NCBI GenBank assembly: GCA_964646435.1
Contig: CAZYEJ010000001.1
Coordinates: 4,912-68,911 of the forward strand
Length of the DNA stretch: 64,000 nucleotides
Direction: 5' to 3'
DNA from: an uncultured Thermodesulfobacteriaceae bacterium
GTDB lineage: Bacteria; Desulfobacterota; Dissulfuribacteria; Dissulfuribacterales; UBA3076
Shown in pieces: positions 1-10,700 of this stretch. A model generated the notes under the pieces. That model did not search any database and was not told the DNA's origin. It saw nothing but the letters and a program-made list of their open reading frames with translations. The translations under genes and the position numbers were made by a program. The first letter of the stretch is position 1. Every line of letters starts with the position of its first letter.

Positions 1-2405
1 ATGTCCACGCTGCGCCGGGTCTGTCCAAAACGTTTGATACGCCCCAACCGCTGTTCCAGCCGCGATGGGTTCCAGGGCAAATCCACGTTAATGAGCGTGC
101 CAAGGGTCTGCAGGTTCAACCCTTCGCAGGCAGCGTCGGTCGCCACAACCAGCCGGATCTCCCGTTTTTTGACAGCGTTCTTGATCTCTTCACGCTCCAC
201 GGAAGCGAAATCCTTCCCTCGGAATAGCCCGCTTTTACCTGTTCCCGCATAGACACCGACAACTTCGCTTGTGAGAGATTTTGCCAACTGCCCACCAAGC
301 GAGTATGCGGTATCGTAATATTGGCTGAAGATGATGCAGCCGTGCTCAAGCCAGGTTTTTCCTTCACTGGGATACGATGTCAGGAAATGCTTCACCGCTT
401 TAAGCTTTGGATCACGTGCTTCCGGGCGTGACAGCTCCTCAACGATAGCATGAAGGTAACCTGCTTCCTCATCTGTGAGCGCGCTCATTGCCTCTTCCAT
501 CAGATGGGTCTGCTCTTCTTCCTCAAAAATCTCCCTACGTAGCATTCTCTCGGCCGTTGCCCTGCCGGATGCAAAACTGGAACATATCCGCTGAAGAAGC
601 AAGGTCTTCATGAAACCTGCAGCTTTGGTACGTTTTTGCAGCGCTTTGGTAAACAATTCTGCAGCGTTGTAAGCAAGGTCGAATGGCAGATTTGTCAGAA
701 GCCCCAGGCCGTTGAACCTTACTCCGGCGTAAGCAGTGGCGGGCGCATCCGGATTAGGGTAAACATTCACACCAACCTTCTCCAAAAGACCCGCATCTTC
801 CAAGGTCTGTCTGCGTCGCAAAACTGTATGGCGAATGAAGGGGTTGTTTTCCCTCAAGAATCCTGGCTCCAGGGCCTGACCAACCGCCTGTTGTTCAAGA
901 AAGCCCAGTGATCCAAAACCCTGATCGGAATAAAAAATCTGCTCAGGCATCCCCAGTTGCAGACGCAAGGTTGCAAAAAGAGCATTCTCGTCTGCAGGTG
1001 GCAATGGATTGCGCAACCATTCCCAGGCATCTTTTTCATCCAAAGGCGTTTCATCCCCCTTCACCACTGGCAGCGCTTTTTCATAGTCGGCCCACCGGCT
1101 GTAAAGTTCATGGCCGAGGACAAAATCCGCACCGGCATTAAGAACACGCAGCAGGTCCCACAACTCGTTGACTTCGGTCTGGATGGGGGTTGCCGTGCCA
1201 AGTAACAGATTCTTTGTGCGAAGCCCGATTTTCAGCATAAAATCAAGCAGATTGTTCGGCTCTTCTTTTCTCTGGCCGAGACCGCCGCGTCGGCGGGCCT
1301 TGTGTGCCTCGTCCAGAACTACCGTTCCGTATTTCCGCTCGAGCAAATATTGACGTTCATTGGAATCATGGACAATCAGGCCTGTGGAAACAATAGCAAT
1401 TCGGAACGGACAGCGGATGATGTCTTCAGCACCACGCGTCTTGATAATATGCCCTTTGGGATCGAACCAAAGCTTTTTGGTGGATGACCAGACCGCGCTC
1501 GGGATGCCGAGCTTGTCTGACAATTCCACCTGCCATTGCACCGTCAGCGTCGAAGGGCAAAGAATCAGCACCGGGCCGTCTCCAAGCAGGGCCGAGATCA
1601 TGGCGCTTGCTCCCAGCGACAATGTTTTGCCGACCCCAACATCATCGGCGAGCAGCAGGCGTACCTTGCCGTAAGTCTTCCGGTGTTGCATGAACATGGT
1701 AACAAAGGAGCGCTGCCACGGCTGGAGCTGTTCACCGCCGCGGTAGATCGGGCTTTCGGCCAATGCCGCAGCCGGCAGTTCATCAACTTTTGCCTCATCA
1801 AAGCGGATTTCCACACGATCCGCAACGCGTTTGATTTCTTCAACAATGGCATCGGGCAGAGGATAGGCGTCCTGCCAGAGAGCGTCAAACTCCTCTTCGA
1901 CCCAGGCGACACCTTCCGGCGACGGATCCTCCCAAAGGATCTCGTAATTCTGGGCAAAGGCACTCTTGGTCTCGTTGATTGAACCGAGGAAACAGGTCTT
2001 TACGCCGTCTGCAGCCTCAATAACGCCAGCCTTACCATGGATAAAAACGCGGTCCTTAGGCACCACCCGTATCTCGACCCGTCCGCTGGTCAAGAGATCA
2101 TGCAGCCGCCGGTAGCGATCCCGGTGGAGCAGCGCCTCAACCTCGGCAGGGGCCTTATTCCAACGTTCCTTGAGTGCTGTTTCGCGGACATGCTTCGACA
2201 CGGCCACATCGGCCGCGTCAAGCTCGCTGTTACATACAATCTGTACCTTGGGGATAGAGGCGATCTCTTCGCCTACCAGCTCGAAGATCGAGCTGCGAAA
2301 ATAGCCGGCGATACGCTTATAGGACTTTGCCCCCCGAAGCCGATCAGCGAGAAAGGCATGGTCGAGCCTCTGGCGGCGCGAGGAGAAGCGTTTGATGGTG
2401 GTCAT
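1..2405 (-). CDS. PLD(HKD) nuclease domain fused to SNF2-family helicase. The 5' end is complete; the C-terminus runs off the window start (about 801 codons visible).
   Basis: My own minus-strand translation; the ORF has no stop in the window, so it is absent from the ORF track. Starts MTTIKRFSSRRQRL at 2405. HKD-type motif FIHGKAGV...GSINET. SNF2 motifs occur in canonical order: LLADDVGVGKT, DEAHKAR, LLGTATPIQTEVNELWDLL, ATDAACEGLNLQ, DLPWNPSRLEQRLGRIKRFGQ. Confidence 0.85.
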   Translation of the reverse strand, partial: MTTIKRFSSRRQRLDHAFLADRLRGAKSYKRIAGYFRSSIFELVGEEIASIPKVQIVCNSELDAADVAVSKHVRETALKERWNKAPAEVEALLHRDRYRRLHDLLTSGRVEIRVVPKDRVFIHGKAGVIEAADGVKTCFLGSINETKSAFAQNYEILWEDPSPEGVAWVEEEFDALWQDAYPLPDAIVEEIKRVADRVEIRFDEAKVDELPAAALAESPIYRGGEQLQPWQRSFVTMFMQHRKTYGKVRLLLADDVGVGKTLSLGASAMISALLGDGPVLILCPSTLTVQWQVELSDKLGIPSAVWSSTKKLWFDPKGHIIKTRGAEDIIRCPFRIAIVSTGLIVHDSNERQYLLERKYGTVVLDEAHKARRRGGLGQRKEEPNNLLDFMLKIGLRTKNLLLGTATPIQTEVNELWDLLRVLNAGADFVLGHELYSRWADYEKALPVVKGDETPLDEKDAWEWLRNPLPPADENALFATLRLQLGMPEQIFYSDQGFGSLGFLEQQAVGQALEPGFLRENNPFIRHTVLRRRQTLEDAGLLEKVGVNVYPNPDAPATAYAGVRFNGLGLLTNLPFDLAYNAAELFTKALQKRTKAAGFMKTLLLQRICSSFASGRATAERMLRREIFEEEEQTHLMEEAMSALTDEEAGYLHAIVEELSRPEARDPKLKAVKHFLTSYPSEGKTWLEHGCIIFSQYYDTAYSLGGQLAKSLTSEVVGVYAGTGKSGLFRGKDFASVEREEIKNAVKKREIRLVVATDAACEGLNLQTLGTLINVDLPWNPSRLEQRLGRIKRFGQTRRSVD

Positions 2406-3454
2406 ACCGTCTGTGGATGTTGTAGCCATCCTTTCCGTTCAAGGATGTCCCAGGCGAGTCTGATATGCTTTTCCTGAAACATTCGCTTATGGTCATTCCA
2501 ACTATAGGTTTTGCTGACCGCCTGGTCTGCTGTTGTGGCGCCTTCGCGGTTTGCGACCCAGTGGACATTAGACAGAAGTTCCATGCCGAATGGTGTTTCA
2601 AAGCCGGAAATGAGATCGACTACCCTTTGAAAGTGTTTCCGGGTGGAAGGATGATCTTCAAGAAAACTCTCCGCTTGTGGAAGAATTTCGGGAAGTAGGT
2701 TGATCTGCCGTTCCGGATTGTCCTCCGCATCGCCATACCCGCTAATGAAATGCCCTTCCATAAGGATCAACACGTGGCGCAGGTTCCGGGCATATGGGCC
2801 ATAGAATCCCTTGTTGTACTGAAGTTTCAATCCCTCTCCCGCCTCCTGCATAAAATACATCAATTTGTGAATCTCCAGAAGTGTCACAAAAGGGTCCATG
2901 ACCGCCGCAAGATAACGGCGCATCAAAACAAGCAGCGCTGCCCGCCCGACAGTCATACTTGGGATTTTCTTGGAATGGACCATTTTTTCGGCAGAAGGTG
3001 CTCCTTTAGGTTCATAGAGGAGAACATGTACATCAGTCAGATCCTGAAAGGCCTCTTCAATTCTCGTCCGCACATCCGCCCAGAGCAAACCGCCAAGCCC
3101 ACAACCAAGGGGGGGGATAGCAATGGAATGGATGTTTTTTTTGCGCACCTCTTCAACTAGGGCCTGCAGCCCGGCCTCGATATCCTCCATCCGGCTCTTG
3201 CCTTTCCAGTGGCGTTTGGTTGGAAAATTGATCACATAACGGGGGTTATAGAGGCGGTTAAGATCATAGATGAACATCTTGCCCGGTTGCAGTTCCTTCT
3301 TGTCGCATATCGCCTTATAGCGCTTGAAATTTTCAGGAAAAACTTTCTTGAATTGTAGGGCAATTCCCCGGCCCATGACCCCGACACAGTTCACGGTGTT
3401 CACCAGCGCCTCGGCATCTGCGCGCAGTATGTCGCCTTGTGTCAATTCAATCAT
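2402..3454 (-). CDS. darG: DarG-like antitoxin (N-terminal macrodomain ADP-ribosyl glycohydrolase plus C-terminal DarT-associated domain)
   Basis: Macrodomain signatures GDILRADAEALVNTVNCVGVMGRGIALQFK and IPPLGCGLGG. Lies directly downstream of a DUF4433/DarT-like gene. Its TGA overlaps the helicase ATG (ATGA at 2402-2405). Confidence 0.85.
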   Translation of the reverse strand: MIELTQGDILRADAEALVNTVNCVGVMGRGIALQFKKVFPENFKRYKAICDKKELQPGKMFIYDLNRLYNPRYVINFPTKRHWKGKSRMEDIEAGLQALVEEVRKKNIHSIAIPPLGCGLGGLLWADVRTRIEEAFQDLTDVHVLLYEPKGAPSAEKMVHSKKIPSMTVGRAALLVLMRRYLAAVMDPFVTLLEIHKLMYFMQEAGEGLKLQYNKGFYGPYARNLRHVLILMEGHFISGYGDAEDNPERQINLLPEILPQAESFLEDHPSTRKHFQRVVDLISGFETPFGMELLSNVHWVANREGATTADQAVSKTYSWNDHKRMFQEKHIRLAWDILERKGWLQHPQTV

Positions 3455-3472
3455 GGGTGCCTCCTTCGATGC

Positions 3473-4123
3473 TTAATAATACCATTTTCTTTCGATTGTC
3501 ACGACCGGTTTATGCTGAACATTTTGGAGAATGCTGTTGACTTGATGGCGTATCCTCTCATTCAAGACCCCGATTTTTTCCACCAGATGCCATGGGCAGG
3601 TGTCGTGAAGCAAAAACTCCGCCTGTTTACCTTCTTTAACCACCCGATCACGAAAGTCGGTGGATTTGACGGCTTCCCAATCTATCTTTTCTAGATCCTT
3701 ACGACTCTTATAGAAATCGGTATAGCGAGTACCCGCATTCTGGGCGGAAAAAGCCCAGCGAATATTATGCTCATCAGCCCAATGGATGGCAGACTCCATA
3801 TCAACCTGGAGGTGAAGGATAGGGCGCTGCCCCTCATGATAGAGCATATCAATGTGGTTATTTTTGTAAATGATAAAAAGCATGATAGAGCGGGGACAGA
3901 AATAGAACGGCACATAGTCACCAACCCGGGTGTTTTGGTGACAATGTACGTCAATCTCGAACAACCGCCTACGCTTAATTTCGGTCATGCCGATTGATGT
4001 CTGCCCACCACCTTGCCGGATGCGCCTCCCATCCGCTTCGATGCAACCGGCAGCCACAATGGAGGCGAGATTGTCGATATGGGTGACATGGTAGACTTTC
4101 GGCTGGGCAGGTGGTGTTGTCAT
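3473..4123 (-). CDS. darT: DarT-like ssDNA ADP-ribosyltransferase toxin (DUF4433 family)
   Basis: The N-terminus (YHVTHIDNLASIV), the GDYVPFYFCPRS motif and the C-terminal QAEFLL (catalytic-Glu context) are typical of DUF4433/DarT. Paired with the macrodomain gene 18 bp downstream. Confidence 0.85.
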   Translation of the reverse strand: MTTPPAQPKVYHVTHIDNLASIVAAGCIEADGRRIRQGGGQTSIGMTEIKRRRLFEIDVHCHQNTRVGDYVPFYFCPRSIMLFIIYKNNHIDMLYHEGQRPILHLQVDMESAIHWADEHNIRWAFSAQNAGTRYTDFYKSRKDLEKIDWEAVKSTDFRDRVVKEGKQAEFLLHDTCPWHLVEKIGVLNERIRHQVNSILQNVQHKPVVTIERKWYY

Positions 4124-4134
4124 ACAACCCTCAC

Positions 4135-7100
4135 TTATCCCAATCGCTGGGTCTTGATTAGTTCCCTGAGTACCCTTGCAGCGCTGGCCTCTTCCGGCCG
4201 CAGTTCTTCGAGACGTCTGGCAAGGAAATCCGCCAACGCTACTGCCATCTCTCGTTGGGTCATGTCGCCGTAGTAGTTGGGGATATTCATGGTCAGATGG
4301 GCCTGTACTTCATTGCCGTCCATGTCTTTGGTAAGTTCCATCATGGCGTAAAGCACGGCCCGCAGTACCGACTGATAGAGTTCCGAGCTTTCGCCCATCT
4401 CGGCGCGGTCGAACTCCACCGCACTCTTCAGCCGGGCGTTGTTGGCTCTCCGGCTGGCCATGAAGGCCTGGAAGTCGCGCACCTTGAAGGCCTTGGCAAA
4501 GTTCTGATAATTGTCCAGGGTCTTGGCGCCCCGGGTTTCCAGTTCAAGCATTTTGAGATAGAATCGTTCCGCCCCGCTCAGTTTGTCCCAGTAACTCTTG
4601 GGGATGCCCTGGGGTACCAGGCACTGGTTGGCGGTGTCCACCGCAAAGGAAATGAGACCGTCCACAAAGGTGGTCTCACCCTTGACCCGCGGCCGGATTG
4701 ACTCAGTGGTCATGTCCCGGCCGTCGATGATGGCGTAGCGGGTGAGTACGCGCAGGGCTGCCGCATAGCCTGCCATCTGGATGTCGGCATCCTCGAAGAC
4801 ATTTTCATCACGATAAAGTCCCTTGGCCTCCTGATTGAGCCCGGTCAAAGCCTTTACCTGGTCTTCGACCTCCTCCTGGATCTCCCAGGCAAGGTCATCG
4901 CGAGTGGTCTTGTGCCTGCCCAGTCGTTTGCGGCAGACAAGAAGCACCGTGCCCTTGACATAGCTACCGGTACGAAGCGCGCTGTCAGTTTCGGTGACTA
5001 CATACCAGGCAGCGGTGACCTGCAGGCCCGAGGCCCAAACGATATTGGCCATATCCGCCCAGATGGAACCGGACTGATGGGTGAACATGATGACCTGAAT
5101 GCCGTTGTCCGGCATGCACTCGGTCATCCGTTTATAGGCTGCCACCATCCCTCGGCGAAATTCTTCGCCCTCTCCCTTGATGGCCAGCGACCTGCGGCTG
5201 TCCCATACCCAGTCGGCGAACTCGGGAGGCGGATTCTTGCGCAACCAGGCGATGAAAAATTCGAGAATTTCATCATAGTTGACCGCGTTACCGTAAGGCG
5301 GATCGGTAATGAAAATATCATGAACCGTTGACAGGGTATTGCCCGGAGCAGGTTGGACAAATGTACTTACATCCCTCAAAGGGAACCTTTTGCAAGATAG
5401 CTTAACCTGGTTGGCGAGGTAATGACTCGAACGAGTTCCGTGGTTATAAAGCGAATTAACTGCCTGATTATAAAAACTATCGTTCACAGCATCTACCCCA
5501 GGCGCATTGTGCCAACGACTCAACTTCGAGTTCCAATTCGCCGCTTGGTTCACACCGAATTTTAGAGCGGCTGTTGTTGAGTAGCAATTAATTAACCCGT
5601 TTACAAGTAATTGTCTTGGGTTAAAAAGATGATGCCAGTGTGTCCAGCCACGTTCACGGATAGGCTGATCGGTGTTATAGCCCGGCTCGATGCGCATGTC
5701 CGGCACCCATCCTTTCTTTTGCCACTCAGCTAAGTGCTTCTTTACATAATCTTCAACGATACGCTCCCGTTGCAGGTCCACCTCGGTGACGGTACGAAAC
5801 TCGTAATCGAAGGTCTTCTTACCTTTTTTCCGCCGCATCCAATGAATGGCATACAATCTTTCCTGAAAAATGTCGTCAGGCCGAGGCTTAAAATCGTGCT
5901 TTTCCCACAAACGCAGCCGGCTACCCTTCGTTCTGTCGTCTTTCCGATAGTCACCTCGCAATGTCGAAATTTTAGTTCGGTATTCGTGGCCATTGACAGA
6001 GTGGACCAAGTACGAGTCGTGCCCCCGCCCATCAGTACGTACAGTGCCATTTTTTGCTTCAACGAGTTCTTCTGCGGTCACACCAACCCTGACCACAATA
6101 TCATAACGCATGCGAGCGATATCCGGCACCAACTCGGCGATTACCATTTTACCACGGCTGATGACGAGTGACGGAATCAGCGGAACCATCCAGCCCGTTT
6201 GTGGACAGCGGACTTCAACACAATAAAGAAATGCCTTTGGCCGCCAGCCATCGCCATCGGTTTCCACCCCAAGTCGGTCAATTTCGGCTTGAACTTTTTC
6301 AATCAATTCCTGCTGTTGGCGCTCCAGCTCTTCACGGCTTCCCGGTGAGCCGCCCACAATATTAAAGGCGCCCCAGGTAAGCATGCAAGCTACTGGATTA
6401 AGATCGGAGGCATATACGTCACAGCCAAGCCTTGCCGCCTCGAAAGGGATCTGACCAGAACCACAGAAGGTGTCAGCCAACTTAGGACGATGACCGAAAC
6501 GCATAATGCCAAGCTGCTCAACAAGTTCAGGAATCGAATGTGCGAACGTACCAAGATGAGTATTGACCATATCCCATATGTGATCGTGAACGCTGTCCAT
6601 AACCTCTTCAGGGCGCTTTGCTGCTGCTACCCGTTCTCGGTACGAAGTCATGGGCAGCATTTGCGTTTCCATACGACGGCGTTCCAGCTCAGTCAAATCC
6701 TCACGCCAGAAGACTTTTACTCCGTCATAGTCAGGGTTTGACCAATCAATCGGTGCGTGTGCGGGAAGTATGCCCTCCGGTTCTGTAGTGAAATAATCAG
6801 AAATATTTGAAATTGAGAGCTTGGAAAGGATCTCCTTCGGCTTTGCGCGGTGCTTCCAACGAATGACAAAAGATTCATCATCCATGGCCATCAGTTTTTC
6901 AAAAATAGCCAGATCACGGGCCGAATCATCGGTGGCCGGCAACAGACAGCCAAGAATGCAGGCCTTATTCATAATCAACGGCTTGCGGCCCTTCCAATAA
7001 CTGCCAAGCGCGGTGAGGGTTTTGCCCTGATTTGCCATCTGCTCCTTGTATGCCTCGGCCGAAAGCTTCTGCACCGGCAACAGCCGTTCTATCAGGGCCG

Positions 7101-7140
7101 GAGCATCTTTCAAAGAAAATGGGATTATTTCTTCGCTCAT
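4135..7140 (-). CDS. DUF1156-type DNA methyltransferase (N6-adenine/N4-cytosine class), 1001 aa
   Basis: SAM-binding motif DTFCGSGQIPFEAARLG...ASDLNP and catalytic motif ITDPPYGNAVNYDE. Size and the N-terminal region are typical of the DUF1156 methylases that accompany DUF499 ATPases. Confidence 0.85.
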   Translation of the reverse strand: MSEEIIPFSLKDAPALIERLLPVQKLSAEAYKEQMANQGKTLTALGSYWKGRKPLIMNKACILGCLLPATDDSARDLAIFEKLMAMDDESFVIRWKHRAKPKEILSKLSISNISDYFTTEPEGILPAHAPIDWSNPDYDGVKVFWREDLTELERRRMETQMLPMTSYRERVAAAKRPEEVMDSVHDHIWDMVNTHLGTFAHSIPELVEQLGIMRFGHRPKLADTFCGSGQIPFEAARLGCDVYASDLNPVACMLTWGAFNIVGGSPGSREELERQQQELIEKVQAEIDRLGVETDGDGWRPKAFLYCVEVRCPQTGWMVPLIPSLVISRGKMVIAELVPDIARMRYDIVVRVGVTAEELVEAKNGTVRTDGRGHDSYLVHSVNGHEYRTKISTLRGDYRKDDRTKGSRLRLWEKHDFKPRPDDIFQERLYAIHWMRRKKGKKTFDYEFRTVTEVDLQRERIVEDYVKKHLAEWQKKGWVPDMRIEPGYNTDQPIRERGWTHWHHLFNPRQLLVNGLINCYSTTAALKFGVNQAANWNSKLSRWHNAPGVDAVNDSFYNQAVNSLYNHGTRSSHYLANQVKLSCKRFPLRDVSTFVQPAPGNTLSTVHDIFITDPPYGNAVNYDEILEFFIAWLRKNPPPEFADWVWDSRRSLAIKGEGEEFRRGMVAAYKRMTECMPDNGIQVIMFTHQSGSIWADMANIVWASGLQVTAAWYVVTETDSALRTGSYVKGTVLLVCRKRLGRHKTTRDDLAWEIQEEVEDQVKALTGLNQEAKGLYRDENVFEDADIQMAGYAAALRVLTRYAIIDGRDMTTESIRPRVKGETTFVDGLISFAVDTANQCLVPQGIPKSYWDKLSGAERFYLKMLELETRGAKTLDNYQNFAKAFKVRDFQAFMASRRANNARLKSAVEFDRAEMGESSELYQSVLRAVLYAMMELTKDMDGNEVQAHLTMNIPNYYGDMTQREMAVALADFLARRLEELRPEEASAARVLRELIKTQRLG

Positions 7141-7715
7141 TTCAAATCCTTGAACAAAGGTAACTCAAACAAATCTTCCTGCCGGGGCCGGGGACGGCGT
7201 TTTCTTCCTGACACCAATTTCTCGCCATCGGAAAGGGCGTGAAACAAAGCACGCCGCCAACCGCGCTGGTTATCCTCAGGCAAGCCTGCTTCGGCCACGG
7301 TCATGGCAAAGAGCCACCAGCGCTCCTCGGGGCGCAGGGCCGCCCACTTGCTGCAGATGACCGGGAACTGCTCGGCCTTTGCGGTTTCCGCGGCCCAGGC
7401 CAGCACACACAGTTCCTTACCCAGCAATCTATCCACCAGATTAGTGCCGGTATGCCAGCGCCCCACACGGACCTTGGCCACCTTGAGCCGGGCGTTGAAC
7501 TCGCGGCGGGCAGGGTCGGCGATGGCCGACCAGACCTGACGCTTGAGCACGACCCGTTCCTCCTCGCGGGGAACGCCGCCCTCCTCCCCCCGGTATCCAT
7601 AGTTTTCGACTATCACCACCGAATCTTTTCTCGCAGCCGAAATCAAGACGCGGAACAGGTGGGTGCCAAATCGGTCCGGGGCACCGAAGTCAATGGTTTT
7701 TGGTTTTTCACTCAC
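7137..7715 (-). CDS. Small conserved partner protein (DUF3780-like by position)
   Basis: 192-aa ORF translationally coupled on both sides (ATGA overlaps at 7137-7140 and 7712-7715). The family name is inferred from its position between the DUF499 and DUF1156 genes, not from a motif I can verify. Confidence 0.6.
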   Translation of the reverse strand: MSEKPKTIDFGAPDRFGTHLFRVLISAARKDSVVIVENYGYRGEEGGVPREEERVVLKRQVWSAIADPARREFNARLKVAKVRVGRWHTGTNLVDRLLGKELCVLAWAAETAKAEQFPVICSKWAALRPEERWWLFAMTVAEAGLPEDNQRGWRRALFHALSDGEKLVSGRKRRPRPRQEDLFELPLFKDLK

Positions 7716-10700
7716 TGCTCGACATCCTCAGGCTGCAACTCAATGCCGAGCTTGCCGGCGAAATCCTTGAGGTCATGGCCCGAGGAAAAATGAGCCTTTC
7801 GAAAGGTCATGGTGACGGGTGTGTCGGGTGTAAATTTTTCAAGAACCTTGGAAAGAAGCGCCTCGATAAATAGTGCATCTACCTGGATTTCCCCAACATT
7901 GACGGCGATCATCCGGTTCCCCTGGCCAACGGTCAGCACAATCCCTTCGAAGCTGACGGATTTTTCGGTGGCCTGTTTCAATCCCTCAAAGGTCTTGCTC
8001 CGTGAATCGAGCTTACGGCCGGTACGCGAGACAAGGCGGCAGGGCTTCACCTCATCGATCTGCACTCCTTTCTGACCTCTGGCCTGAAAACGGAACTCCG
8101 CTTTGGCTTCGAGCTTTTCCGCCTCGCCAAAGGCACACAGCAGGACTTCGCCGTCTCCGATGGTAATCGGACCGTCGTATACTGTGCCGTCACGCGGTTC
8201 GCTGCCATCAAGAGTATAGCGGATTTCTCCCTTGGGAGCGACAAAGAGTTCAACACTGCGTGTGCCGTCATTTTCCGAGAGTTTGTTGCGGAGGACGAGT
8301 TTATTTGTCCAGGTTTCCGGATCGCCGCTTTCGTACTGGCCGGAGGGGTCACATACAAAAAAATTCACCCGCAATGCCGAGGTTGTGTAAATCTGATCCT
8401 TGAGTTGGGGACTCGCTTCGCTGACCGGTCCGTCTTCGGCGAGATAGATGCGGGGGGCCGGACCGGCGTTCTGCGGATTAATACATAACCGGACCTGGCC
8501 TGCGTCGTCAGGCCCGGACTCGGCAATGACTTGCACGGAGGTGCGTTTCTTTTTCGGCTTCTTGGTGACGTAGCCGTTGCCGAGATCCTCCCACAACCCA
8601 CGGTTGCAGGCAATGGATTTGAGGCTGTCCAGTCCTTTGGGTGGCAGCCACGGCATGCCGGCCTGTTCGCTATAACGGTCGGCCACATCAGACCAGCGAG
8701 CATCGTCCAGGTTTTGCGGCCAGAGTACATCCTGTGCCTTGTCACGGATGGCGTCGAACTCTTTTTCCACGTCAAGATAAAGCTTCAGCGGGTGAGTAGT
8801 CAGGGTTTTTTCAATCTGTTCCTCACCGTTGAAAGGCTTGGTGGCGTCGCGGGTCATGTCCAGGGCCTTTGAGGCAAGTTGGGACGGTTTGTCGGGACGC
8901 TGGATCGGGAAGAGCACCTTGTCGAAGAGGTTGAGGATGGTGGAGTTGAAGTCCTGCTTATAAATCTCCTGTTTTCGTTCCAGATCCTCCCGCTGCAGGT
9001 GTCCCTTGGGGATACGGCCGTCTGCCTTCTGGGCGGCAAAGAACTGACGAGCTGCTTTTTCGACGCTGCCCATGGCCGTCTTATCGCCGGTGAGGACACA
9101 GAGGTTGTTTTTCTGGCTCAGGCCCTCGAAAAATTTCTGAACTTCTTCGGGCGGGATCTTGGAGTCCGGGCTGACGACGAGCAGCACGCGGCCACGGCGT
9201 ACCCGGTCTGCCACCTCTTTAAGCCTGGGCAAGGGCAGGACATCTTCATAACATGTCTTGCGGATGGGCTTGAACATGTCACATAACCGATGACGGATTA
9301 GATCATCTACCTGATTCTGAGGGGCGTCGTGGGCCAAGCTCTGCAGCAGCTTTGTGAGGTTTTCCTGCCGATCGAAATAATAACGGCCTTCCGGTGTATG
9401 GTGGATATACCAGGCAATTTTTTCAAGCTCATCAAAGGCTCCGAGGAATTCTGACGGCTCGCGGAGGGGTGAGATCAGGCATTCGACCATTTCTTCCCGA
9501 GTGAGCCCCTTTACCGCGTTGACCGCCGTTGACAAGCTGGCAGAAAGAAGCAGCGCCCCGATCTGAGTGGCGGCTTCCTTTCCGGTAGCAAGATCAATGA
9601 TCTGGGCGTGTGCGGATTGCTGCGCATCCCAGAGATCCTTGGCAATCACGTCCCGCATACCGGAAATCTCGGTCAGCTTGTCACGGACTTCCGCGATAGA
9701 CAGGTCGAAATGCTGGGGGCCGACGAGAAAGACATCATTGGCCTGCCGTTCCCAGACAGACCTGAGAAGCCGCGACACCAGCTCGATGAGACCCCGGGTC
9801 TGCTTGAATTGCTCATTTTCCTTGAAGAGCGCAATGACATTCTTGAGTCGTGGGTGAAAGGGGTAAGTCGCCTCTATCTCGTTGGCAACCGCCTCGGCGC
9901 CACGATTGGCGGTCTTTGATTTGGCTGCCTCTTCCAACTTGCGGCCAAAGGTTGCCGCAACATCCTCGATCTCCGCCTTGTCAGGAAACGACTTAAAGAG
10001 ACGCTTGCGCAGGATGTCGTATATCTCATTTGCTGCAAGGTCCACCGGCGTGATGTTGCGCTCCTGTCGGCCCAGTTCGGAACGTGCGTCTTCAAGGGCA
10101 CGATTAATAAGTTTTCCACCAGTTTCGTAGGCAGCCGCAAGATCAGAAACAACCACGCAGACATTCTTCTTTTTACCCGCTGCTGTAATCATATTGGCAA
10201 AGGCACGGGTTGCGATGTCGGCGACAGTGCCGTTTCCCACCTTCTGGGTGTCAAGATAGTGGAAGTAGGGGGGCATTTCGTCAAGCAGGATGAGGACAGG
10301 CTGATCGCCTTCAAAAAGTTTGAGCCAGTCTTTTTCGTCCGGGGCCTTGGGGCCGCTGGTCCAGAATGGGCTGAACTGATCCCCTTTGCCGAGCTGGTGA
10401 GCAATCTCGCCCCAGAAAAAATGATCTGGATTGTTACGGCCGTTGAAGGCGGCAATGTCGGCACTCGCGAAGGCGGATGCCTGTTGAATTCCTCCGCAGT
10501 GAGTCTTCCGAAGTTCCGGATGCCTGGCAAGCAGACCAAAACCGACCAGAAGATGGGTTTTACCACCGCCCATGGCCTGTTTCAGATGAAAAACAGCCTG
10601 GGAAGAGGTGCCAGCCAAACGAGCAAGTCCTTCACTGATGAGATCCTGCATGCCTTGGGTGATATAGGTTTTCTCGAAAAACGCCTTGCCATCCCCTTCT

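Noticed and set aside
1-2477. Many 60-150-aa ORFs on the plus strand, and short minus-strand ORFs, listed in the track (for example 1..252, 1536..1982, 2037..2477).
   Set aside because: They all lie antisense to or out of frame with a continuous minus-strand reading frame that carries an ordered set of SNF2 and HKD motifs. They are shadow ORFs of a GC-rich gene.
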